Origin: Thermoplasmatales archaeon UBA447
Lineage (GTDB): Archaea > Thermoplasmatota > Thermoplasmata > Thermoplasmatales > Thermoplasmataceae
Assembly: GCA_002503205.1 (NCBI GenBank)
Contig: DARE01000053.1
Coordinates: 17,305 to 81,304 of the forward strand
DNA length: 64,000 nucleotides
Direction: 5' to 3'
The translations under genes and the position numbers were made by a program. Positions 21,176-31,454 of the stretch are shown piece by piece. A model generated the notes under the pieces. It did not search any database. It was given only the letters and a program-made list of their open reading frames with translations, and had not been told where the DNA came from. Positions within the stretch are counted from its first letter, which is position 1. Every line of letters begins with the position of its first letter.

Positions 21176-21388
21176 TTGGCAGTAAACAAGAATTGCCACT
21201 TCTGTGGCTCAATTATAGAACCTGGTACGGGCTTTCTCTTTGTAAGAAGAGACGGGGCCCTTCTCAATTTCTGTTCAAGAAAGTGCGAGAGGAATATGAT
21301 AGAGTTGGGGAGAGTGCCAAGAAAAACACGCTGGACTAATGAGTACCACAACCTGAAGTCAATGAAGAAACAGACTTCCAAGAACTAG
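21176..21388 (+). CDS. rpl24e: 50S ribosomal protein L24e
   Basis: CHFCG..IEPGTG, FCSRKC, W-T motif. Confidence 0.96.
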   Translation: MAVNKNCHFCGSIIEPGTGFLFVRRDGALLNFCSRKCERNMIELGRVPRKTRWTNEYHNLKSMKKQTSKN

Positions 21389-21396
21389 GTGATCAA

Positions 21397-21843
21397 ATGG
21401 AGAAGACACTGGTACTCCTTAAACCCGATGCAGTAAAGAGGAGACTTTCGGGTGAAATTTTTTCTCGCTTTGAAAAGAAAGGACTTAAGATAGTTGGCCT
21501 GAAACTGATGCGCCTGACAAAGAGTCAGGCAGAAAAACATTACTCTGTTCACAAGGGGAAGCCATTTTTCAATGGCCTTGTTGAATACATCACATCCGGA
21601 CCTATTGTTGCGGCCGTTCTGGAAGGCGAAAACAGCATTTCAATAACCAGAACATTGAGTGGTGCAACCGACGGCTCCAAAGCTGCGCCTGGCACAATAA
21701 GGGGAGACTATTCAATGGGCATTGAAAAGAACATTATTCACGCATCAGATTCAAAGGAGTCTTTTGAACACGAATTCCCTATATTCTTCAGCAACGATGA
21801 AATAATGGAATACAACTGTGGCGACGAGGAGAATATATTTTGA
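21397..21843 (+). CDS. ndk: Nucleoside diphosphate kinase
   Basis: [20 protein letters not shown]. Confidence 0.97.
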   Translation: MEKTLVLLKPDAVKRRLSGEIFSRFEKKGLKIVGLKLMRLTKSQAEKHYSVHKGKPFFNGLVEYITSGPIVAAVLEGENSISITRTLSGATDGSKAAPGTIRGDYSMGIEKNIIHASDSKESFEHEFPIFFSNDEIMEYNCGDEENIF

Positions 21844-21849
21844 TTGAAA

Positions 21850-23598
21850 ATGTCAGCAGATACCCTGAGACAGCCCATTGTTTGCGTTTTAGGTCACGTG
21901 GACCATGGAAAGACATCACTTCTTGACTCCATAAGAAGTACTTCAGTAGCCAAAAAGGAGGTAGGTGGCATCACCCAGAGAATAGGTGCCACTGACATAG
22001 ATATTTCTGAAATCGAAAAAAGGGCAAATATCGCCGGGAAGAAATCCCCTTTCAAGATCCCTGGTCTCTTATTTATTGATACTCCCGGTCATGTGGCCTT
22101 CTCCAACATGAGGGCAAGAGGTGGGGCCCTGGCGGATATGGCCATCCTTGTGGTCGACATTAACGAAGGATTTAAACCTCAGACAATCGAATCCATAAAC
22201 ATACTCAAAAAATTCAAGACCCCTTTCATAGTTGCTGCAAATAAGATTGATCTCATCCCATTCTTCAGGCCGGCCAAGAACAGCTCATTTGTAGAGGCAA
22301 TGAAGGGTCAGAGGCAGGAATATACTGATGAGCTGGAAAAGAGGCTATATGACCTGGTCTATAAGTTCTATGAATATGGTCTGACCACAGAAAGGTATGA
22401 CAGAATAACCGATTTTGCAAAGACAGTCGCCATTGTGCCTGTCAGTGCTAAACTGGAGATCGGGATTCAGGATGTCCTGGTAATGCTGGCCGGTCTTTCA
22501 CAAAGATACCTGGCACAGGATATCAGGTTCAAGGACACACTGGGGAGGGGCACCATCATTGAACTGAAAACTGAAGGTTCCATTGGAATCACCCTGGATA
22601 CCGTTCTCTATCAGGGAAAACTGAGAAAGGGAGACACAATTGCGATAAATACAACTTCTGGGCCGGCACTTACAAGGGTGAAGGCTCTTCTTGTGAATTC
22701 CAAGTCTAAATCTGGAAAAATTGTTGAGCGAAGTTCTGTGAGTTCAGCCGCAGGGATCCGAGTTCTCATATCAGACAAACTGGATGTGGTTTCAGGCTCC
22801 CCACTGATTGTTGTACAGGGGGACCCAGGGGAAGCATTTGAGGAAATTTCCAGAGAATCTTCAGTTAATATTAAACTGTCAGAGCATGGCCTGACTATCA
22901 AGGCTGATGCCCTAGGTTCCCTGGAAGCACTTGCCTACGAATTGGTTGACAAAGGATTCAGCATAAGGTCAGCTTCAGTGGGAAGTATTACCAGAAGGGA
23001 CGTTATTGACGTCTCGACGCTTAACGATCCACTGGACAGGCTGTTGGTGGGATTCAATGTCCAAATCACGCAGGACGCTAGAGATGAAAGTTTCTCCTCA
23101 GATATAGGCATATTATCCAGTGATGTGATCTATTCCCTGGTCGAGGAATCACTTGAATGGTACAAAAAGAGAAAAGACCAGTTGAACGAACAGAGAAAGC
23201 AGTCCACTTCAATTCCGGCTAAGATTATGATTATGCCTGAGTACATCTTCAGAACAACAAAACCTGTTATCGCGGGAGTCAAGATATTCTCCGGAAGGAT
23301 AAAGGTAGGGGATACACTGATAAGATCAGATGGCCGATACGGAGGGACCATAAAGAGCATCAGGGACGGTGAGGTCTCAAAGCAGTTTGCAGACGCCCCT
23401 TCGGAGGTTGCAGTCTCAATAGAGGGTGTCACCCTCAACAGGCAGATAAACCCTTCAGAGCCCCTCTATGTGGACATTCCCGAGTCGGTTGTAAAAATTC
23501 TCAGGGAAAACCGCCTTGATGATGAGACTATGGAAACACTTGAGGAGATTATTCGAATAAAGAGAAAGGAGAATATTTTCTGGGGTACCAGAACTTAA
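21850..23598 (+). CDS. infB: Translation initiation factor aIF5B/IF2
   Basis: RQPIVCVLGHVDHGKT, GGITQ, DTPGH, NKID. Confidence 0.97.
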   Translation: MSADTLRQPIVCVLGHVDHGKTSLLDSIRSTSVAKKEVGGITQRIGATDIDISEIEKRANIAGKKSPFKIPGLLFIDTPGHVAFSNMRARGGALADMAILVVDINEGFKPQTIESINILKKFKTPFIVAANKIDLIPFFRPAKNSSFVEAMKGQRQEYTDELEKRLYDLVYKFYEYGLTTERYDRITDFAKTVAIVPVSAKLEIGIQDVLVMLAGLSQRYLAQDIRFKDTLGRGTIIELKTEGSIGITLDTVLYQGKLRKGDTIAINTTSGPALTRVKALLVNSKSKSGKIVERSSVSSAAGIRVLISDKLDVVSGSPLIVVQGDPGEAFEEISRESSVNIKLSEHGLTIKADALGSLEALAYELVDKGFSIRSASVGSITRRDVIDVSTLNDPLDRLLVGFNVQITQDARDESFSSDIGILSSDVIYSLVEESLEWYKKRKDQLNEQRKQSTSIPAKIMIMPEYIFRTTKPVIAGVKIFSGRIKVGDTLIRSDGRYGGTIKSIRDGEVSKQFADAPSEVAVSIEGVTLNRQINPSEPLYVDIPESVVKILRENRLDDETMETLEEIIRIKRKENIFWGTRT

Positions 23599-24563
23599 TA
23601 AAGCAGGAATGCTGAAATAATCATCAGTGCACCGAGTATGAAACTGTAATATTTCCTTGATCTCACTGAAGAGAGAAAAATCAGCATAAAAGAAGCGGGA
23701 AGCATAAAGAGCATGGCCTGCAGCCCTGTATGAAAATATATTCTTGTAATTAACATTGAAATTGCAAGGAGAAAAGTCCCCTTGTAAATGGTTGATCCTA
23801 TCACCACTCCCATGGCAGCCTGGCCGTCAACTTTTCTTATGCTTGTAATGAACATGGTGATTTCAGGGAGTGAACCGGCGATGCCAGTTACAATAAACCC
23901 TGAGGCAAATGAACTTATCCCAGAAATTGCAGATATACTATCAGTGTATATAACAAGGGCATTTGAGGAGAGTGCCAGCAGTAAAACTGAAAGGGCCATA
24001 ACAGGAATGCTGAACCTCTGAATCTTTTCGTTCTCTGCCGGGGTATGCTGTGAATTGCCTGTCAATACATACAGAAGAAAGATCAGGATTAGAAATGGGG
24101 CAAATATGAGCGTGTAATGTACAGGAAGAAACGCAAGTGGCAGTACAATGGCACTGGCAACAAGAACAAGCATTGCACCGACAGTTTGCTTCCTGGAAAC
24201 TCCAGTCACAAACAGAGGAATTAATATTATAAGTATTGCAAGAGTTAGTATGTTTGATCCCTCTATTGTTCCAAAGCTTATTCCTCCAAAGCCTCTCAGT
24301 GAGGAATCCAGAACAACAGCTATTTCATCCAGGACGGCTCCAGTACCAAGAATAAACTTCCCCATGGAAGAGCTGCTTATGCGAAACCTTGACGATAGGG
24401 ACCTTGCCTCATCAACAAACACATCACTGGAAATTACAAGAGCAATTATGGAGACAGCATCAATAGAAATGATCTCAAAAACATTAGCAAGAGTCGTGAA
24501 TAAAGAAAAATAAAAAAGGATTGCAGTGAGAATGAGAAGAGCAGGAAGACTTCTTCTCAACAT
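23595..24563 (-). CDS. Sodium/calcium exchanger (CaCA) family membrane protein
   Basis: Degenerate alpha-1 repeat (GAVLDE..GSN) and alpha-2 repeat (GSLPE..GS). Confidence 0.7.
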   Translation of the reverse strand: MLRRSLPALLILTAILFYFSLFTTLANVFEIISIDAVSIIALVISSDVFVDEARSLSSRFRISSSSMGKFILGTGAVLDEIAVVLDSSLRGFGGISFGTIEGSNILTLAILIILIPLFVTGVSRKQTVGAMLVLVASAIVLPLAFLPVHYTLIFAPFLILIFLLYVLTGNSQHTPAENEKIQRFSIPVMALSVLLLALSSNALVIYTDSISAISGISSFASGFIVTGIAGSLPEITMFITSIRKVDGQAAMGVVIGSTIYKGTFLLAISMLITRIYFHTGLQAMLFMLPASFMLIFLSSVRSRKYYSFILGALMIISAFLLY

Positions 24564-24570
24564 TGCACCT

Positions 24571-24969
24571 TTACTGTATTATAAGGTGCTCCGGCTTCTC
24601 CACCTTTACCTCTTCTGTTACAGAGGTTCCTCTTCTCAGCCTCTTACAATCTATTTTATCGGGACCCAGGTGTTCCACAAGGTAATCAAATGCTGTTTCT
24701 GCCCCTTTTGGATCACCACATGTGTAGACATCCAAGGTAACAAGCCCATACTCCGGCCAAGTATGAAATGACAGATGAGACTCTGCCAGTAAAACCACTC
24801 CGCTTGCACCCGCTGGCTGGAACTGGTAATAATCGGACGATATTCTTGTCAAATTACCGGCCTTAACAGCATCCTCAATAATCGGATATATGTTGTCGGC
24901 CTTTGAAATTATGTCCGGATCCACGCCATATAGATCTGCCAAAATCTGAAACCCTACGGCCACTGCCAT
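24571..24969 (-). CDS. speD: S-adenosylmethionine decarboxylase proenzyme (pyruvoyl)
   Basis: LLAESHLSFHTWPE cleavage motif, DVYTCG. Confidence 0.9.
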   Translation of the reverse strand: MAVAVGFQILADLYGVDPDIISKADNIYPIIEDAVKAGNLTRISSDYYQFQPAGASGVVLLAESHLSFHTWPEYGLVTLDVYTCGDPKGAETAFDYLVEHLGPDKIDCKRLRRGTSVTEEVKVEKPEHLIIQ

Positions 24970-25145
24970 CTTCCTCCATATTTGCACCTCAAAGTTGACA
25001 ATCAGTCGTATTAAAATGTTGTATTTAAATATTTATTATTCCGATGAGTTTTTCTTTATATCTACGCACCTGAATAATTATGGAAAATTCAATTGTGCCA
25101 TCTAAATATCTATATCAAAATATTAGTAATTATATATTTCTATAT

Positions 25146-25907
25146 CTACAAATATTTGATTTGCAGGTTAATTTCAGGGTATCTGGTCTCCATCTCCTTG
25201 ATCAGGCTCAGTGCAAAATGAAACCTTCTGCTTGATATTACAAGTAAGACGTTCAGTCCCCTGGAAGCAGCCTCGAAACTGCCTTCCAGAGAGGCGAACT
25301 CAATCCTTGGATCATATCCTGCGGTTCTTACAAGATAGTACGCATGTTCTCCAGATACTGCTATTATGTGGTTTTTTTGTGATGCTTTTCCAATTTCCTC
25401 CATTAATGCACTTGATTTGCCTATTGAAGGGGAAACTGGTACCACAAGGATCATAACTTCCCCAATGTTGACCTCGATTTTTTCCTTGACCTGCCCTATT
25501 CCTACTATTTCCCCTTTCCTGGCATCCCATGCAGCAGTGCCTGAGTAAGGCCCATCAGTGGCAAGTGCATGAAGATACCCTCCCTCCATTCGAAGAAGTG
25601 CCCTGTCGTTTTTTGAAAAGTCATTATCAGCAATTGCCTCCCAGGTATTTACTGTGTCAAGCCTGCTGAGATTTGAAGAGACGAAATCGCGGAGATTTGT
25701 TAGGTATGTCTCGACAAAAGCAAATCCATCCTTGGTGACATGCCCATTTTGATCAAGAAGTCCTCTCTTTTCCAGTTGTTTGATATTGTACTGCACACCC
25801 TGCAGGGTAATGCCCACCTCCCGGGAGATATCCGCCGGCCTATCCTCTCCCTGCAGGATACGGAGCATTATCATCAACTGGGTAAGAGTTCCCTGATCGG
25901 GCACCAT
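25146..25907 (-). CDS. Archaeal winged-helix transcriptional regulator
   Basis: N-terminal HTH (PADISREVGITLQGVQYNIKQL); C-terminal EAASRGL archaeal domain. Confidence 0.75.
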   Translation of the reverse strand: MVPDQGTLTQLMIMLRILQGEDRPADISREVGITLQGVQYNIKQLEKRGLLDQNGHVTKDGFAFVETYLTNLRDFVSSNLSRLDTVNTWEAIADNDFSKNDRALLRMEGGYLHALATDGPYSGTAAWDARKGEIVGIGQVKEKIEVNIGEVMILVVPVSPSIGKSSALMEEIGKASQKNHIIAVSGEHAYYLVRTAGYDPRIEFASLEGSFEAASRGLNVLLVISSRRFHFALSLIKEMETRYPEINLQIKYL

Positions 25908-25981
25908 GGAAAGGCAATATGTGTTTTGATTATTAATTGTTCTTAAAAAATTTGAAATTACAGTACCACATTCCTTTGATT

Positions 25982-26710
25982 ATGGATAATGTTCCAGTGG
26001 TAAATTCTGGAAGAAGCGTTATCATTGACAACACTTCTTTTCTGTCTGAATATTTCTCAACCCTTGAAATTCAGAGACTTCTGAATGATAGACGAAACAA
26101 AAGCCAAACTGGCGACATCATAATGATGCTTCAGCATCCTCCAACATTCACTACCGGGATACATGACAATCCGGAAGAATATCCCTATCTTGAGGAAAAG
26201 CCTATCCGGATCGAACGTGGAGGGTCAGTCACCTACCATGGCCCCGGCCAGCTCGTAATGTATTTTATCGTATCATTGAAAGAAAATGGGATAAATGTTC
26301 TCCAGCTTATAGAGAGGATTCAATCATCCATGGCTGAGGCACTTCTAAGATATGGGAAAGGTTCAGAGGGCAGGCTGGGAAGGGAAACAGGTCTTTGGCT
26401 TTTAAACGGCAAAAAGATTGCATCCATCGGCCTGGCAGTTAAGGGTTTCTCCACTCTTCATGGATCCGCACTGAACGTAAGCAATGATATGGTTCCATTT
26501 TCAAAGATAATGCCCTGCGGGTTCGACCATGATATAATGACAAGTCTGAGCCTAGAAAGTGAAACCGACATTGATTTCGAACATTTTGTTGAAATACAGA
26601 AACAAATTTTAGCTGAAAAATTCAGGATAAATGATACAAAAAAATTTGGTAATGAGGGGGAATTCAGGAAATATCTGAGTGTGCAATTGTCTGAGACTGC
26701 TCCCTCATAA
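25982..26710 (+). CDS. lipB: Octanoyltransferase LipB
   Basis: QHPPTFTTG, RGGSVTYHGPGQL, KIASIG, HGSALN, PCG. Confidence 0.9.
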   Translation: MDNVPVVNSGRSVIIDNTSFLSEYFSTLEIQRLLNDRRNKSQTGDIIMMLQHPPTFTTGIHDNPEEYPYLEEKPIRIERGGSVTYHGPGQLVMYFIVSLKENGINVLQLIERIQSSMAEALLRYGKGSEGRLGRETGLWLLNGKKIASIGLAVKGFSTLHGSALNVSNDMVPFSKIMPCGFDHDIMTSLSLESETDIDFEHFVEIQKQILAEKFRINDTKKFGNEGEFRKYLSVQLSETAPS

Positions 26711-28226
26711 ACTGCTGGAGATAGTAGTAGGATCCGGTACCTTTACCGCTTATTCCACTCATTTTCCATCCAACGAATGGCTGGGAGCCGACAACAGCAC
26801 CGGTGCTTGCACCTCTGGTACGGTTGGCATATATAACTCCTGCTTCGACATTGTCGAAATAATATTCCATTTCCTTCTGGCTGTTTGTAAATATGCCTCC
26901 GGTCAATCCATATTCAGATTTGTTGATATGTTCGACGGCCTCTTCCACACTGTTTACCTTAAGAACTGCAAGTACCGGGAGGAACAGCTCTTCCCTGACA
27001 ACGTGGGAATCTGGTTTTGCATCAGCAATTAATGTCGCTTCTACATAGAAGCCTGGTTGATCAAGAGCCTTTCCTCCAGCAACAACTTTTCCTCCTTCTG
27101 AAAACTTTGGTGTCAGGTTCTTGAACCTCTCATATGCTTCACGGTTTACTACCGGATTCAAGAACGCCTCTTTCTTTCTTGGGTCCTCCGGTTTGAGGTT
27201 TCTGACTTTTTCAGAGAGTTTCTTCACGAACTCATCATAAACATCCCTGTGAACATATGCAAGTGAAGTTGCGCTGCATTTCTGTCCAGAGTATCCATAA
27301 GCCCCTCTGAAAACACCTTCTACTGCATCATCAAGCCTGCAGTTGTTGGAAACAATGACCGCATCCTTTCCACCCATTTCTGTGATCACAGGCTTTGGTC
27401 TCTTAGCCTGGGCATTTCTGTATATGCCCATTCCAACCTCTCTGGATCCGGTGAAGACGACTCCTCCGATATCGTCATCCTCAGTTATCATCTTTCCTAC
27501 AACAGACCCCTTACCTGCAACAAAGGCAAGTGCTTCTTTCGGCACTCCTGCCTCATAGAGCATATTTACTGTGAGGTAAGTGCTTATGGGAATGTCCCCG
27601 GAAGCCTTCAGAATAACGCCGTTGCCGGCCACAAGAGGTGCCGCGGTCATTCCTACAGTAATTGCAAAGAAGTTGAAAGGAGGGATCACAGCGAAGACGC
27701 CATAAGGTTTCATTACGCTGAAGCTCTCTTCGTTGTCGTAGCCTTTTCCGGTGAGTCTCTCGTATCCATTGTTCTGTATGAGGTCGAATGCATAATATCT
27801 GAGAAAGTCTATGCCTTCATCAACATCAGCCATAGCCTCTGTTCTGTTCTTGCCATTCTCATAAGCAAGGAGGGCGGATATGAGGAATTTTTTCTCACTC
27901 AAAAGGTCAGCTGCTTTCAGAATGATGGATGCCCTTTTTCTGTATCCATAGTGATACCACTTCTTATAATTGGACTTCAGCATGGAGATTGCTTTCCTTA
28001 CGCTATCTTCAGAAGCTGCTTGAAATGTTCCTATTTCTTTTCCGTCTATGGGGGAGATATCCTTCAGTTTCTCTTTCTCAATTATCTCGGTCCCGATAAT
28101 ATTCGGGTATTCCTTATTCAGATATTTTTCGGCGTCTTTGAGAGCCTTCTCATAAAGATCATGAAATTCCTTCTCTTTTCCGCCTTTTGTCATCCTGACA
28201 TATGTCAGTTCGTTCTCGAAGGTCAT
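26664..28226 (-). CDS. 1-pyrroline-5-carboxylate dehydrogenase (ALDH family)
   Basis: FENE N-terminus, EMGGK, GQKCSA, TGAVVGSQPF.GWKMSG. Confidence 0.85.
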   Translation of the reverse strand: MTFENELTYVRMTKGGKEKEFHDLYEKALKDAEKYLNKEYPNIIGTEIIEKEKLKDISPIDGKEIGTFQAASEDSVRKAISMLKSNYKKWYHYGYRKRASIILKAADLLSEKKFLISALLAYENGKNRTEAMADVDEGIDFLRYYAFDLIQNNGYERLTGKGYDNEESFSVMKPYGVFAVIPPFNFFAITVGMTAAPLVAGNGVILKASGDIPISTYLTVNMLYEAGVPKEALAFVAGKGSVVGKMITEDDDIGGVVFTGSREVGMGIYRNAQAKRPKPVITEMGGKDAVIVSNNCRLDDAVEGVFRGAYGYSGQKCSATSLAYVHRDVYDEFVKKLSEKVRNLKPEDPRKKEAFLNPVVNREAYERFKNLTPKFSEGGKVVAGGKALDQPGFYVEATLIADAKPDSHVVREELFLPVLAVLKVNSVEEAVEHINKSEYGLTGGIFTNSQKEMEYYFDNVEAGVIYANRTRGASTGAVVGSQPFVGWKMSGISGKGTGSYYYLQQFMREQSQTIAHSDIS

Positions 28227-28255
28227 GATTCTTTATGTAAGGATCATACATAAAA

Positions 28256-28990
28256 TTACTTGGTAATTGTATTTAGACCCCTGTCAACATTAATGCACTG
28301 GCCGTTAATTCCAAGTGACATCTCACTGGCCAGAAATGCATTTACCATTGCTATCTCAATAGGTTCAAGGTTTGTGCTTTCTGAAAACTTTGTGAAGTTA
28401 AATGGGAAGACCTTGTAATAGGTGTCCTCCTTTCCAACAGAACCCGGCATAACCCCATTAACTCTTATATTGTACTTCCTGAGCGTTTCAGCGGTTTTTC
28501 TGACCAGCTCCGGTACTGCTGCCTTGGATATATTGTAGGAAAGATCGTTGCCTGGCATGATATGCGGGGATGCTCCAACGAGGACGAAGGAACCTCCATT
28601 TTTTTTCATAGGCTCTGAAAATGACTCTATAATTCGAAGATGGCTGAGGAGGTTTGTCTGCAGCATGGACATGAAGAAAGTGTCATCCGGGAATTCCTTT
28701 CCTGAGGCTTCCCATTTTCCAACGTTTGATATTACGGTATCAATCTGTCCATAGGTCTTCAGTATTGCATCCCTGACTGCACTGATCTGCTCGGGCTTAG
28801 ATAGATCAGCCTTGAATGCTTTAATGGTGGAAGATTCCACCAGGCCAAACATATTGCCTGATCTTGATACTATGGCAACCTTGGCCCCAAAATTGATCAT
28901 CATTCTTACACTTGCCATTCCCTGACCTGGCCCCACACCAAGTATTACTGCAACTTTTCCAGCCAGTGAATCACGAATTATGTCTACCAT
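28256..28990 (-). CDS. Short-chain dehydrogenase/reductase
   Basis: GVGPGQG Rossmann motif, YNISK. Confidence 0.8.
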   Translation of the reverse strand: MVDIIRDSLAGKVAVILGVGPGQGMASVRMMINFGAKVAIVSRSGNMFGLVESSTIKAFKADLSKPEQISAVRDAILKTYGQIDTVISNVGKWEASGKEFPDDTFFMSMLQTNLLSHLRIIESFSEPMKKNGGSFVLVGASPHIMPGNDLSYNISKAAVPELVRKTAETLRKYNIRVNGVMPGSVGKEDTYYKVFPFNFTKFSESTNLEPIEIAMVNAFLASEMSLGINGQCINVDRGLNTITK

Positions 28991-29101
28991 AATTCCTTAT
29001 CCGTTACTTGCTATTAAGTTAAACTGGCAGGTTCTACACCATAATTATTAAACATTTGCAAACATATTTGTGCAGTGATGCAATAATGTACTTGTGATAA
29101 T

Positions 29102-30028
29102 ATGCCAGAAAATGAAAAATTAAAGGAGGTTCAGGCGGTATTCAGGGGAACCGATACTATGGACGGGGCAGGTGTAAGGCTTCGCCGAATATTCGGAGGT
29201 TACTCTACAGCTTCAATTACAGATCCATTCCTCCTTCTGGATCATTTTGGCTCTAACAAAAAAGAGGAATATATCAGAGGGTTTCCCTGGCATCCACACA
29301 GGGGTATCGAGACAATCACGTACATACTGGATGGGAAAGTAACACATGAGGACAGTGAAGGGAACAGAGGGACAATTTACCCAAATGATCTCCAGTGGAT
29401 GTCTTCCGGCAGCGGAATATACCATCAGGAAATGCCAAGGCCGATCGAAAAAACAGATCCAAGGGAGGCAATACTTTCTTCTGGAATGCCAGAATCATCA
29501 GTGGGACTGCAACTCTGGTTGAACATACCTGCTGAAAAAAAGATGAATAAACCATCCTACAGGGATATAAAGGGAAGAAATGTAACAGTCGTTGATAATG
29601 GGGATGGAGCAAAGGTGAAACTGATTTCCGGCAAGTATGGCAAAGATGAGTCCGAATTCCAGGGAGATCTAAAGATTGATCCTCATTATCTGGACATAGT
29701 GCTTGAACCTGAATCGGATTTCAAATACATAGTCCCGGATGGATACAATACTATCCTTTACACCATGGCCGGTTCTCTTTCAGTTTATCCGCAGAAAACA
29801 AACTTTTCAATGGGGGACGCCATAGTTTTCAGTATGGACGGGAACACTGTCAAACTTGTGTCGTCCGAATCAGGGGCCAGGTTTATACTCCTTGCAGGAA
29901 GGCCCCTCAGGGAGCCAGTTCACTGGTATGGCCCTATTGTTATGAATTCCCAGGACCAGCTAAATGAAGCGTTCCGGGACCTGCAGAATGGTACATTTAT
30001 CAGGGACAGGGAACCATTATTCTTATAG
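29102..30028 (+). CDS. Pirin family protein
   Basis: DPFLLLD, HPHRGIETITY, H.E, QLWLN, GPIVMN. Confidence 0.93.
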   Translation: MPENEKLKEVQAVFRGTDTMDGAGVRLRRIFGGYSTASITDPFLLLDHFGSNKKEEYIRGFPWHPHRGIETITYILDGKVTHEDSEGNRGTIYPNDLQWMSSGSGIYHQEMPRPIEKTDPREAILSSGMPESSVGLQLWLNIPAEKKMNKPSYRDIKGRNVTVVDNGDGAKVKLISGKYGKDESEFQGDLKIDPHYLDIVLEPESDFKYIVPDGYNTILYTMAGSLSVYPQKTNFSMGDAIVFSMDGNTVKLVSSESGARFILLAGRPLREPVHWYGPIVMNSQDQLNEAFRDLQNGTFIRDREPLFL

Positions 30029-30033
30029 GTGGT

Positions 30034-30432
30034 TCAAACAGGATTGTTTGGGATTGAAGCCCCAATCCTTCTCTTTTTCCAGGATACTGCCATAAAACCC
30101 CCAAGGATGCAGAGTACAAACCCAATTGTAAATCCACCTTCTGTGCCTATCCAGCTGAGCAGGGAAAAAACAACAATTATTGCACCGAATATTCTTGTCC
30201 ATCTGGTCCCAAACATCACCAGGATGCTTGAGGCGGTCAGCACAATCCCCCATACTGCCCCGAGAGTCAGCGCAAGGTGTTCCCCCGGGCTTATTCCACT
30301 GATTGAACCTGAAATAATAATGCTTCTCGCTCCCACATAAAGTATGAGAAGTCCTCCCAGAAGGGAAACAATTCCTGCGTCTATTGGTGAGTCCTTGAAA
30401 CTGAACCTTGACACGGGGGTTAATTGCCTCAA
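30034..30432 (-). CDS. Small 4-TM membrane protein (DUF6114-like)
   Basis: Four hydrophobic segments; C-terminal GGFTIGFVLCILGG..W pattern. Confidence 0.55.
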   Translation of the reverse strand: MRQLTPVSRFSFKDSPIDAGIVSLLGGLLILYVGARSIIISGSISGISPGEHLALTLGAVWGIVLTASSILVMFGTRWTRIFGAIIVVFSLLSWIGTEGGFTIGFVLCILGGFMAVSWKKRRIGASIPNNPV

Positions 30433-30444
30433 ATTAATTAATGT

Positions 30445-30465
30445 TCTCCAATTTAGAATTGGAGA
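30445..30465. repeat. Perfect 9-bp inverted repeat TCTCCAATT-tag-AATTGGAGA
   Basis: Seen directly, between the archaellin and DUF6114-like genes. Confidence 0.6.
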
Positions 30466-30479
30466 TAAAAGGTGAGGTT

Positions 30480-30502
30480 TGGCCCCGCCATCACCGGGGC
30501 CA
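30480..30502 (-). terminator. GC-rich hairpin just downstream of the archaellin stop
   Basis: TGGCCCCG-ccatcac-CGGGGCCA 8-bp stem; could be a terminator or an mRNA stabiliser. Confidence 0.45.
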
Positions 30503-30510
30503 TGAGGTGT

Positions 30511-31236
30511 CTAGTTCTGCAGCGTGATAACACTCGAGGTAAAGGCGATCGGTGCCGTGAAGTCTATCTGTGATGTGGCTCCGACTTCAGGCGTGATCTG
30601 GCCTGAAACCTGCATGTTCTGGGTTATGTTGGTACCGAATGTGTTTGTAACATTGAAGACTATTGCAGCCTCGTCACCGGATGAAATGACCGGATATTTG
30701 GCAGTCAATGACGACGTCGGGTCTATCAGTGATATTACTCCGAAGTTAGTAGGGTTGTTATCCTTCGCACTCATATCCCCAAATACAGGATCGCTGAACA
30801 GGTTCTTTGTACCTGTTTTTGACAGGTTGCTGAACAGTGTATCGTTATAGACCAGAAGTGCTGTTGCACCATTAATTGATATAGTTATACTGGTATTTGC
30901 CAGGTTAATGGCACTACCCCCGGCATTATCCTGAATCATTATTGCAACATATTCAACACCTCCACTTTCTGGGGGGTTTCCCAGATCATAACCATAGATC
31001 GAATTTATGATGAGTCCTGTTGATACCTGGTTCTCAGTGGAAGTTCCAGTAGCATCTGCCCTCTGCTGTAGTATTCCAGCGGTATGAATTAGGACAGATG
31101 CAGCCACTGCGGCGACAAGAACCAGGGCAATGAATATAATAAGGACACCTATTCCGCTTTCAGCCTTCTCATCCTCATCGAACTTGAACTGCCTGCTAAT
31201 ATTCTTGAACAGATACCTCAAACCTTTCATCATCAT
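30511..31236 (-). CDS. arlB: Archaellin (archaeal flagellin)
   Basis: Class III signal peptide ...KAES-GIGVLIIFIALVLVAAVAASVLI; C-terminal GQITPEVGA...VITLQ; SD AGGTG; many N-x-S/T sequons. Confidence 0.92.
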   Translation of the reverse strand: MMMKGLRYLFKNISRQFKFDEDEKAESGIGVLIIFIALVLVAAVAASVLIHTAGILQQRADATGTSTENQVSTGLIINSIYGYDLGNPPESGGVEYVAIMIQDNAGGSAINLANTSITISINGATALLVYNDTLFSNLSKTGTKNLFSDPVFGDMSAKDNNPTNFGVISLIDPTSSLTAKYPVISSGDEAAIVFNVTNTFGTNITQNMQVSGQITPEVGATSQIDFTAPIAFTSSVITLQN

Positions 31237-31290
31237 GATAGTTAACACCTTATGCAGTTCTGTAACTGTTTATGTATATCACTATGTCTG

Positions 31291-31336
31291 TATATAAAAG
31301 CCTTAACGCTGGGAACGATAAAATTTCGCATTTCGC
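31291..31336 (-). promoter_or_regulatory. Archaellin promoter: TATA box plus upstream tandem ATTTCGC repeat
   Basis: Minus-strand TTTTATATA at 31291-31299; ATTTCGC twice at 31323-31336. Confidence 0.6.
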
Positions 31337-31381
31337 TGTCGATCATATCTGACACTACGTACATAACAACAGGCTTCAGAT

Positions 31382-31407
31382 CTGCACTTCTTTGTACTGC
31401 ACTTCTT
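31382..31407. repeat. 11-bp direct repeat CTGCACTTCTT
   Basis: Exact copies at 31382-31392 and 31397-31407. Confidence 0.65.
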
Positions 31408-31454
31408 GCAAAAAAAGGATATGTCCAGAGTAAGGTATTGAACTTTCGATGTGA

